Source: Bacteroidaceae bacterium
GTDB lineage: Bacteria > Bacteroidota > Bacteroidia > Bacteroidales > Barnesiellaceae_A
Direction: 5' to 3'
Assembly: GCA_017532725.1 (NCBI GenBank)
Contig: JAFXIZ010000059.1
Location: forward strand, 1-59,376
DNA length: 59,376 bases
The translations under genes were made by a program, and so were the position numbers. Of this stretch, positions 39,029-47,891 are shown piece after piece; within the stretch, counting starts at the first letter, position 1, and the number at the start of each line of letters is the position of its first letter. The notes beneath the pieces are model-generated. The model had not been told where the DNA came from and ran no database searches. It saw only the letters and a list, made by a program, of their open reading frames with translations.

Positions 39029-41566
39029 ATGGATAAAACTCTTCTCAAACAGAAAATAGCCGAATGGGGAAAAGCGTGCGAATACTTTGCAAGCCCCGAC
39101 ATACAAAAACAACTCGCAGACGAAGAAAAAAGCGCAATCAAATTCTTGGTGGAGTTTTGGAAGAACAACGAATTTGACAAGGCCACTTGCGAGAAACACA
39201 TCAACACACTCAAAGAATGTGACAAACTACACTCTTCAAATCGCGATATCATTGAGAAGAGTAAAAACTTCAGAGGTATAGCCGCAACATTCTATACCAA
39301 AGATGCTCAAACATTCCACGAATTTCGCACCGAGATGGGCTGGACACGCCAAACGCCTACTCCCGTACCCACTCCTACGCCTACGCCTACACCCACCCCT
39401 ACGCCTCAGCACAACGAAGCGATGATGATGATTAACGTAGAGAAGTGGAGCAAGGCTATACAATACCTGCGCAGTGAGGAGATTACGCCACTGCTTGATG
39501 TTAATGAATTTACTGCCATAGAGCAATTGGCCGATATGTGGCGACGCCCTTCATACCAACCGACTATGAAGGAGGAGGCTGCCGAAATGATTAAGGTGCT
39601 GGTCGATTCACACAAACTGCACTCATCCAATCGTGAGATTATAGAGAAAAGCAAAAGTCTGTGTGGTGTTGCTCGCAAGGTATATGACAACAAAGAGACT
39701 TTCGACGCCTTCAAGAAGGCCATTACACAATATTACAAGGAGAATAAGCCTCCTAAAAAAGAGCCTGTTCCCGATCCCAAGAAGGAGACACCCAAGAAGA
39801 CTCCTACTCCTACCAAGCAAGATAAGGAACTGATATTGCAAGATGTTGTTTTTGCCAACACCACTTACAACAACGACATTATCAAAGACTTTGGCAAGAC
39901 ACTCTTTACCGATACTCAATATATCACCCCTCGCATAACTGTATCGAGCGAATACTACGGCACCGAAACCATTGAAGTAAAACTCCGTTACCCCAATGGC
40001 GAAACAGTACAATACGAAGATGAGGTAGTATTCAAAGGTAAAGGCAATTACATTATATCGGGTTGGGGAAGCAAGACCGGCTCGTCGTACGCATCATACA
40101 GTTATGTAGAGTACACATTCATCTGCCGCGGTAAGAAGTTGTGGCAAGGCCGGGTAACCATCAAGCAAGACCCCAAGAAATTGCCTTACCCCAACATTGT
40201 CGATATCAAGTTTGGAGCAACCGACTATGACGGTAATATTGTGGTAGAACACGGCAATCCCATTCCTACCGGTATCCCCTACCTCAGTCCTATGATTGTG
40301 GTCGATAACAATTTCCGTGGCAGTATAACCCTCGACATCGAATACAAATATGAGAAACGAGGCACGAATAAAACAAATTGCGAAGTGTATATACAAGGCC
40401 CCGGTGAATACAGTCTGTCCGGTTGGGGTAGAAAAGATTGTGGCTTCTATACCGAGCCCGAAACTATCAAATGTACTATCAGTTACGATGGCAAAACGCT
40501 ATATAGCAAGAGCGTAAAGATAGGCAAAGGTGGCAGCCCCCGAAGAGAGACTCGACGACGCAACAGCGATGGCAAAGAATCGGGCTGGACACTATTTAAG
40601 AACAAGATAGAGGATGTAGGCGACTGGTTTGAGGATAAGACCGAAGATCCCGAGTCGGTTACCTCAATCATCTCGGCACTTATCTTTATACTATACGTTA
40701 TATTAGTTATAGGTATATGGATAAGCGAAGGTTTCTGGAGCGCACTATTAGTAGGTGGTATAGGATTCTTCGTAACGGGATTTGTAATCTTAGCCAGCAA
40801 CTTTGTCACAAAGGTAATTCTACACATCCTACGCTTTGTATTCCTCAACGTATGGACATTCCTTATTGCAGTGATAATATTCCTTGCACAAATAATTATT
40901 CCTGCACTCACCTCATTCGGTTCGGGCTTGTTCAGCAATATTGGCGATATGTTTGAGAAGAAGAATAAGACCGAGATGGTCGTTCCCGAAACCCTGCCAT
41001 ACATCTGTACAGCCAAGTCGGGTGTAAACGTACGCCAGTCGCCCTCATCATCGGCAGCCCAAGTGGGTGCTTTGCTTTACGGACAACAGATTGAGGTCTA
41101 TGAAACAAATGGCGACTTTGCAAGAATAAAGTTCGACCACAGCAATGGCAACGATGCTTGGGTAAGCAGCAAATACATCCAAATCGATGAAGATGCTTTT
41201 TTCGCGCAAAACGAGCAACGAAAAGGCGTGAAAACCCTATCGAGTGGCGTGCAATATGAGGTGATAAAAAAGGGTAAAGGCGACAAGCCCCAAGTAAGCG
41301 ACATCGTAAAATGCAACTACACGATGACACTTGTTGACGGCACATTTCTCGATGGCACAACCAGCAGTTCAGGTCCTATCTCTTTTGGCGTAGATAAAGT
41401 AATAGCAGGCTGGAGCGATGCGCTAACCAATATGAAAGAAGGCGCCCAATGGAAGTTATACATACCCTCGCACCTCGCATTTGGCGAGAAAGGTAATAAT
41501 ATGCTTGCGCCCAACACGCCTCTTGTCTGCGAGGTAGAATTGGTGGAAATTGAAGAAAACATATAA
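39029..41566 (+). CDS. Multidomain membrane protein: 2 helical repeats, 2 SGWG beta repeats, ~3 TM helices, SH3b, FKBP-type PPIase
   Basis: KLHSSNR.IIEKSK twice; SGWG twice; hydrophobic block; VNVRQSPS...G.L..G...V...G.FA.I.....AWVS..YI (SH3b); SGVQYEV...GW..AL..M..G....LYIP.HLAFG (FKBP). Confidence 0.8.
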   Translation: MDKTLLKQKIAEWGKACEYFASPDIQKQLADEEKSAIKFLVEFWKNNEFDKATCEKHINTLKECDKLHSSNRDIIEKSKNFRGIAATFYTKDAQTFHEFRTEMGWTRQTPTPVPTPTPTPTPTPTPQHNEAMMMINVEKWSKAIQYLRSEEITPLLDVNEFTAIEQLADMWRRPSYQPTMKEEAAEMIKVLVDSHKLHSSNREIIEKSKSLCGVARKVYDNKETFDAFKKAITQYYKENKPPKKEPVPDPKKETPKKTPTPTKQDKELILQDVVFANTTYNNDIIKDFGKTLFTDTQYITPRITVSSEYYGTETIEVKLRYPNGETVQYEDEVVFKGKGNYIISGWGSKTGSSYASYSYVEYTFICRGKKLWQGRVTIKQDPKKLPYPNIVDIKFGATDYDGNIVVEHGNPIPTGIPYLSPMIVVDNNFRGSITLDIEYKYEKRGTNKTNCEVYIQGPGEYSLSGWGRKDCGFYTEPETIKCTISYDGKTLYSKSVKIGKGGSPRRETRRRNSDGKESGWTLFKNKIEDVGDWFEDKTEDPESVTSIISALIFILYVILVIGIWISEGFWSALLVGGIGFFVTGFVILASNFVTKVILHILRFVFLNVWTFLIAVIIFLAQIIIPALTSFGSGLFSNIGDMFEKKNKTEMVVPETLPYICTAKSGVNVRQSPSSSAAQVGALLYGQQIEVYETNGDFARIKFDHSNGNDAWVSSKYIQIDEDAFFAQNEQRKGVKTLSSGVQYEVIKKGKGDKPQVSDIVKCNYTMTLVDGTFLDGTTSSSGPISFGVDKVIAGWSDALTNMKEGAQWKLYIPSHLAFGEKGNNMLAPNTPLVCEVELVEIEENI
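39352..39406 (+). repeat. Pro-Thr low-complexity linker repeat
   Basis: Degenerate ACN-CCN hexamers encoding TPTPVPTPTPTPTPTPTP. Confidence 0.9.
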
Positions 41567-41652
41567 GCCCAATTCATCAATTTCATCGTAACGCAGAAAG
41601 TCGGCACACAGGTTACACCAAGCAATTATCCTTATCGACTACAACCATTATG

Positions 41653-41692
41653 ATACAAGAAGAGCAGCCTCGCGAGGCTGCTCTTCTTGTAT
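41653..41692. terminator. 40-bp perfect palindrome, probable bidirectional terminator
   Basis: ATACAAGAAGAGCAGCCTCG|CGAGGCTGCTCTTCTTGTAT between convergent genes. Confidence 0.8.
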
Positions 41693-41714
41693 ATAGTAGT
41701 CATATCTATTAGAA

Positions 41715-44621
41715 TTACAGAGAGTCATCGGTATAGAGTTTGGCACGTTGCAACTTAACAACTTTACCAAATTTGGCGAGGTCTTTCTCCTTCACATCTT
41801 TGGGACTGCCAACAACGGCTATTGCAATAGGTTTGCCCTTGATATTCTCGTTGTAGAACTTCACAATGTCCTCGAAAGTAAGTTCATCGATACGTTTCAT
41901 ATCATCGATGGCTGGGTCTTGTGTGTAGCCCATACGCTTCCAATAGTCGATAACCACACTGCGATTACGGAAGTTAGGCTCGTTGGTCAATTGCGACTCG
42001 CGCATATTGGTCTTGATAACATCAAAACTCTCGCGCACCTCGGGCATATTGTTCAACAAGTCGGTATATACTTGCAGAGCCTCGATAGTCTTATCGGCTT
42101 GAGTTCCTACATAACCCATAAACATCCAATCCTTTTCGGGCACTTGAGGCGCTCTGATAGCACCATAAGCAGTGTATGCCATAGCACGTTTTTCGCGAAT
42201 TTCATCGACAACGAGGCTACCAAATCCGGCACCGAAATAGGTAGTGAAGGCTTGCAACAACACATTATCCTTGATATCCAAAGGCTCACCTTCAACAAAG
42301 AAATAGATGTTACTTTGTTTAGCCTTGTCGTTGGGCAAGAAGTAAACGGTATTCTCGCCATACGCTACACGCTCCTCAAACTCGGGCGACATAGATACCT
42401 TTTCGTCCTCAACAAGGGGCAGATTTTGGCTCAATATTTCATACAATTGCTCAAAGGGCATTGTTCCCACATAGTGAGCCGTAAACTCATACTTGGTAGC
42501 CTCAAGGAATGCCGAAGCCAACTCACCTATCGATAGAGTTACAACCTTTTGCAAAGGCATACGAGTGAGAAAGTCAGAGTTTTCGCCGTGGAGCAAGTAT
42601 TGCAACAAGGCTTGTTGTTGCGACTCGATGCTCTCCTTCTCGCTCATACGCGCGCTATACTCTTGGTTGATGATTGCATACAACTGTTTCTCATCCAATT
42701 GAGGCATCAACACCTGACGTTGCAAGAGTTTGCAAGCAGCAGTAAGCGAACTTTCAGATCCGTAGAGAGTAATAGTCATATAATCCTCTGATACCGAGTA
42801 GTGAATAGTGGTATTGAGGCGAGCCAATGCTTGCTTGAAGTCGTAGGGCGAGAGGTGTGCCAATGTACCGGCATTGTTCATCAAGGGAACGGCATACTCA
42901 AGAATAGGCATACGACGAGTACCTACGCCATAACGCAAAGTAAGGCTGTAAACATCGTTCTCGGGGTTGACGGTATAATAGAGTTTGCTGCGATTGTTGA
43001 TTGAACGCATTTGCACCGAGTTGAAGTCGCAGAAGTTGGGTTGAGGAGTAGGAACATCCATCGACTCGAGGTATTGAGCATAGTCACTCTTAACACCACG
43101 CACAGCCTCAACGGGTTGGTAACCGGGTTTAGCCACCTTATCGAGTTTCTCTACCTTACGCTCGCCACGAATCTCTTGAACGTTAACAACCAAATAATCG
43201 GAGTTGAGATATTTTTGTGCCACAGCAACAACATCCTCGGCAGTTACGGCAGCCACTTTGTCGCAGTACGAAAGCAACTCGACAGGATTAGTACCTGTAT
43301 TGAACAAGTTGGCAAGATTTTGAGCCTTCATTGCGCTCGACTCCATACCCAACTGATAACTGCGTATCATAGCGCTCTTAACAGCCTCAAGTTGTTCGGC
43401 AGTAAAGTCGCCCTTGTGCAATTGTTCGATAGCCTCCAACACTTTCTTCTCGACCGATGCGTGGCTATCATATTTCATTTGGCTTTGGTCATATTGAGGG
43501 AAGGCTTGCACCATAATGATACCATCGCTACGGAACGAAGTAGGGCCGGCGGCAGCACCCATAATGTCGCCATCGACAGTAAGTTTGTCCAAGATACCAC
43601 TCGACTGTGCATTGGTGAGCAACTGGGTTGCAACCGATATAGCAACCTCATCGGCAGCATTAGAGGCAACACCATTGTACATCATAACCACGAAGGGTTG
43701 ATAGAACAACTTTTCAGATATGGCCTTGCGACCCTTGAAGGGTGTACGGGCAAACTCTTGGTGAGGTTGTGCCGAGCGACGGCTTATGCGCTCAAACTTT
43801 TGCTTAATCAAAGGTACGGCAGTAGCGGCATCGACATTACCTACAAGGATGATAGCCATATTCTCGGGGCCGTACCAATTGTTATAGAAGTCAATCAAAC
43901 GACTCAGGCTGGGATTCTTCAAGTGCTCGGGCAAACCAATGATGGGACGTCCGTAGGGAGTACCCTTGAAAGCCTGTCCGAAAAGGAATTGTGACAAGTT
44001 AGAGCCCATATTGTCTTGGTACATATTGTACTCCTCATATACAGCCTCCAACTCGGTTTGGAAACCACGGAACACGGGGTCGATAAGACGCTCGCTGTAC
44101 AACTCCAACCACTTTTCGAGTTGTGTGGGAGGGAATGTATTGAAGTACGATGTCTGGTCGTAACCTGTACCGGCATTCAAGCCTTGACCACCCATACCAT
44201 CTACCAAGAGAGTAAATTCGTTGGCAGCGGCATATTGAGCAGCCTCAACCGATAGTTTATTTATTTCCAATCCTATCGCTTCCTTCTCTTCAGTGGTAGC
44301 AGCATTTGCCATTTCGTCGTACTTGGCAATGATTTGCTCATAGAGAGGTTTCTCTTTTTCCCAATCGAGACAACCTATAAGTTGTGTACCCTTGAACATA
44401 ACGTGCTCAAGATAGTGAGCCAAACCTGTGTACTCAACGGGATCATCGATAGAACCTACATTGAATGTCACCATACCATATACATCGGGTTGCGACTTGT
44501 CCTCCCAGATGTACACTGTAGCACCGTTGCGCAATGTAAAAGTACTCAAGCCTTGCGCTACTGAGTAGCAACAAGTACACACGAGCAACAGTAATAGCAG
44601 TAATAATTTTCTTGTTCTCAT
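41715..44621 (-). CDS. M16 (insulinase) family zinc metallopeptidase, exported
   Basis: GLAHYLEHVMFKGT (HxxEH), NAGT..D.T.Y, EAVYEE and IREKRAMAY motifs; N-terminal signal peptide. Confidence 0.92.
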   Translation of the reverse strand: MRTRKLLLLLLLLVCTCCYSVAQGLSTFTLRNGATVYIWEDKSQPDVYGMVTFNVGSIDDPVEYTGLAHYLEHVMFKGTQLIGCLDWEKEKPLYEQIIAKYDEMANAATTEEKEAIGLEINKLSVEAAQYAAANEFTLLVDGMGGQGLNAGTGYDQTSYFNTFPPTQLEKWLELYSERLIDPVFRGFQTELEAVYEEYNMYQDNMGSNLSQFLFGQAFKGTPYGRPIIGLPEHLKNPSLSRLIDFYNNWYGPENMAIILVGNVDAATAVPLIKQKFERISRRSAQPHQEFARTPFKGRKAISEKLFYQPFVVMMYNGVASNAADEVAISVATQLLTNAQSSGILDKLTVDGDIMGAAAGPTSFRSDGIIMVQAFPQYDQSQMKYDSHASVEKKVLEAIEQLHKGDFTAEQLEAVKSAMIRSYQLGMESSAMKAQNLANLFNTGTNPVELLSYCDKVAAVTAEDVVAVAQKYLNSDYLVVNVQEIRGERKVEKLDKVAKPGYQPVEAVRGVKSDYAQYLESMDVPTPQPNFCDFNSVQMRSINNRSKLYYTVNPENDVYSLTLRYGVGTRRMPILEYAVPLMNNAGTLAHLSPYDFKQALARLNTTIHYSVSEDYMTITLYGSESSLTAACKLLQRQVLMPQLDEKQLYAIINQEYSARMSEKESIESQQQALLQYLLHGENSDFLTRMPLQKVVTLSIGELASAFLEATKYEFTAHYVGTMPFEQLYEILSQNLPLVEDEKVSMSPEFEERVAYGENTVYFLPNDKAKQSNIYFFVEGEPLDIKDNVLLQAFTTYFGAGFGSLVVDEIREKRAMAYTAYGAIRAPQVPEKDWMFMGYVGTQADKTIEALQVYTDLLNNMPEVRESFDVIKTNMRESQLTNEPNFRNRSVVIDYWKRMGYTQDPAIDDMKRIDELTFEDIVKFYNENIKGKPIAIAVVGSPKDVKEKDLAKFGKVVKLQRAKLYTDDSL

Positions 44622-44924
44622 AGTTAATGTTATTATTGGTTGTTATTTTATGTTACAAATATAGTATATCCATTTTTCTCTAACAATATTTTCACGCGAC
44701 AAAGGTGCAATATTTTTTGGATATATCAAAATATATCAATAAATATTTATCGTTTTTCGATAAAACAAATATTTTATTTGGCGATTTTTAGATAAAAGCA
44801 ATATTAAAAATCAATAAAATAGCATCAAATAGTGCAGAAATATGGGGTACAAAGTACCTAAAAAATAAAAATATGTGTAATTTCGTACCTTGAAGATGTT
44901 TTCTAATAAAATCAGAAAAAAAAT

Positions 44925-45638
44925 ATGAAAAGGAATATCGTTACGGTACTGATGATATGCGCAACAGCGTGTATAGCCACAGCACAATTCTCCAACGAGT
45001 ATGAGCCATCGGTGGGCTGGCCCTATATGTTCGATGACTTTAAGGAGGCTGTTGTTTATTACGAAAACGACAACCCCGAGAGCGCAAGAGTAAACGTACA
45101 CCTGCTCAACAATAAGTTGCACTTTACCGACAACAACAAGATAATGATTGTTCACGATGCCAACGATATCGACTCGGTGGTGTGCAAGGATAGCACCATA
45201 TTGCTACACCGAGCCAACCTATACATCACAAAGATAACCAACACCGACAGGATTGTAGTAGGTCGCAGTTGTGAGGGCGACTTGCACGCTCTCGACGATA
45301 GCAACGGCGCATACGGTATGGGTACTTCGACAGGTGCTACACAGAACATCGCATCGTTTAAGGACCACGGCAATATGGCAGCACTGCGCTACAAGGAGAT
45401 GATAGCCGACCGTCACAACACACGCACATTGCCTACCATCAATCGCACGGTGTTCATCATCGACAACCGAGTTGTGTGCCACGCCACCAAAAATGGTGTT
45501 AACAAGATTCTCGACAAAGAGCAGCGTAACTTGTTCAAGGCCTTCTTGAAAGAGAATAAGATAAAATGGAAGAATATCGAGCACCTCACATCGGTGGCTC
45601 AATTCTTGGAAACTATTATAGCCGAGGGCAGTATGTAA
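44925..45638 (+). CDS. Hypothetical exported protein
   Basis: Signal peptide ending ..IATA-Q; WPYMFDDF and FLKENKIKWK segments; no family recognised. Confidence 0.75.
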   Translation: MKRNIVTVLMICATACIATAQFSNEYEPSVGWPYMFDDFKEAVVYYENDNPESARVNVHLLNNKLHFTDNNKIMIVHDANDIDSVVCKDSTILLHRANLYITKITNTDRIVVGRSCEGDLHALDDSNGAYGMGTSTGATQNIASFKDHGNMAALRYKEMIADRHNTRTLPTINRTVFIIDNRVVCHATKNGVNKILDKEQRNLFKAFLKENKIKWKNIEHLTSVAQFLETIIAEGSM

Positions 45639-45692
45639 ACCCTATATTTACAGCCTCCCTTACAGCAACCACAAGCAGTCACAAGCATAGTT

Positions 45693-46043
45693 ATGAAGAT
45701 TAATAAGTCAAAATTTTCAGCAACTTTAAAACGGTTCTCCCCATACACACCTGCCATTCTTATCGTGGCGTTTGTTGTGTGGCATCTATTCATTGCCCGC
45801 AACAACTATATCGATATATGTCGCAATGATGCCAAGATAAGAGAGTTGGAGAAAAATATAGCACAAGAAGAGGCATTGATACAACAACTCAAAGAGGATA
45901 TCAGTAACACCGAATCGGATACTGTGACTATCAATCGCATCGCTCGCGAGAAACACGGAATGCAACAAGCCCACGAGGATGTTTACATCATTGTTCCCGC
46001 CCCTAATTCGCAACAAACTCAAACCAATCAAGATGAAGATTAA
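45693..46043 (+). CDS. FtsB/DivIC-like septum formation initiator
   Basis: TM helix, coiled coil, then RIAREKHGM....EDVYII. Confidence 0.8.
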   Translation: MKINKSKFSATLKRFSPYTPAILIVAFVVWHLFIARNNYIDICRNDAKIRELEKNIAQEEALIQQLKEDISNTESDTVTINRIAREKHGMQQAHEDVYIIVPAPNSQQTQTNQDED

Positions 46044-46374
46044 CATAAAAGATATCATTTTCAAAGCCTCTGCTATGCTGGTGGTAGTAGGCGCTGTACT
46101 ACCACTTTTTGTATTTGAGGAGTGGGTGCCATACATCTTTGCTGTGGGAGCAGCAGGTATGTCAACCATACGCCTCATCACCCCCTATCGAGGCAAAAAC
46201 GTCCGTATGCGTCGCCTCGTTCTCATCGAACTGCTTGCCACATTGATGTTGTTGTTCGCATCATACCTGATGTTTAAGGGTGGAAACGATTGGATAGTCA
46301 TACTCACCATATCGGCATTCCTGCAACTATACACATCTATCACCATCCCTCGCCAAGCAAGCAAGGAGGAATAA
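46033..46374 (+). CDS. Hypothetical four-TM membrane protein
   Basis: Four hydrophobic segments with Y.GKNVRMRRL and A.LQLYT; ATG at 46033 overlaps the ftsB-like gene. Confidence 0.7.
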   Translation: MKINIKDIIFKASAMLVVVGAVLPLFVFEEWVPYIFAVGAAGMSTIRLITPYRGKNVRMRRLVLIELLATLMLLFASYLMFKGGNDWIVILTISAFLQLYTSITIPRQASKEE

Positions 46375-46391
46375 AGAGGAACAGACATAAT

Positions 46392-46430
46392 AAAACAGAA
46401 ACAGCCTGCGTTGCAGGCTGTTTCTGTTTT
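46392..46430. terminator. Bidirectional intrinsic terminator
   Basis: AAAACAGAAACAGCCTGC-GTT-GCAGGCTGTTTCTGTTTT. Confidence 0.88.
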
Positions 46431-46443
46431 ATATAATCGAGTA

Positions 46444-47891
46444 TCAAAAATGTTCGCTTCGTGAGGCATCTATGCGCAGTAATATAAAGAGCAGGATGGT
46501 AAAGCCCCATAGCGATGAGCCTCCGTAACTGAAGAAGGGCAACGGGATGCCAATGACAGGACACAACCCTATAACCATACCTATATTAATAAAGAGGTGG
46601 AAGAATAGTATTCCCAATACACAATAGGCATATACCCGTCCGAAGGGGCGAGGCTGTCGCTCGGCTATCGCCATAATGCGCAATATGAGCGCAGTAAATA
46701 GTCCCAAGACCAAACAAGCACCCCAAAAGCCCTCTTCCTCGCCGATGGTACAAAATATAAAGTCGGTATCTTGCTCGGGTACATACTTGAGTTTGGTTTG
46801 CGTTCCATTAAGGAAACCTTTACCCCAGAAGCCACCCGATCCGATGGCAATCTTCGACTGATTGACGTTATATCCGGCAGCCTTCAAGTCCTCCTTCATA
46901 CCCAACAACACCTCGATACGCGTGCGTTGGTGGGGTTGCAACTTATTGAATACCATATTGCAGGATAGAGAAATACCACCGACACGATGGTAACGGCTAC
47001 AGCCACCAATATACGGGAAGAGAAGGTATAGAAATAGACTACCAGCAGATACAACAACGAAACGGCTATGATACCCAACAGCACATACATCATAGGCACC
47101 TCAACGTGACAGGCTATGAGAATAGCCGTTATCACTGCCATTGCTATATAGAAGATGGATAGATTGCGTGCGACAGTGCGATTCCGGGCAAAGAAGTATA
47201 TTACGCCCACCAACACTGCACATATAATAATAAGCACTATGCTATCGCCCAATGGTGCGCCCATCCACATATCGGTGCTAAACTTGATGCCTAAAACGAA
47301 ATATATGACAGCACATATACCTCCACACAATACCAATCCGGTCATCCCTTCGCGATACATCATAAGGATAAACGAGAGATATACCAATGCCGAGCCTGTC
47401 TCCTGTTGCATCACAATAATCAACATAGGCAATATTATCAAACCTACGACCTTAAAGAAATTGGAGGGTTGCGTAAACTTGAAGTTATAGCCATTGAACA
47501 TCTTGGCTATGGCCAAAGCCGTAGCAAACTTGGCAAATTCGGCCGGCTGCAGGCGTATCGACTCGGTTATGGTAAGCCACGATCGGGAGCCTTTCACCTC
47601 ATCGGCCACGACCAACGTAAATAACAGTAACGCAATAAAGGCTATATATATAAGATAGGCATAAGTCTCGAACATACGGGAGTCGATAAGCATAATGACC
47701 GAAGCCAATACAAACGACAAACCTATCCACACCAATTGTTTGCCCGAACGCTCGGCAAAGTCGAAAATACTCGCCTGATCATAATCGTAACTGGCTGCAT
47801 AAATACTTACCCAACCCAGAAAGACAAGCACGACGTAAAGAAACACCGTCAACTTATCTATCGATTTCCACGCACTATCGTTTCTTGCCAC
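46444..47891 (-). pseudogene. rodA: Rod shape-determining protein RodA, split by a 1-bp frameshift near 46965 (possibly a sequence error)
   Basis: The N-part (46896..47891) has GSRSW..LQPAEFAK and QQETGSALV. The C-part (46444..46956) has GYNVNQSKIAIGSGG, PEQDTDFIF and GIPLPFFSYGGSS. One added T restores ...FLYSCNMVFNKL. Confidence 0.88.

Noticed and set aside
33129-41692. Prophage or island integrated at tRNA-Tyr
   Set aside because: No integrase and no visible duplicate of the tRNA 3' end; housekeeping ribH and TPR genes separate the tRNA from the accessory region.
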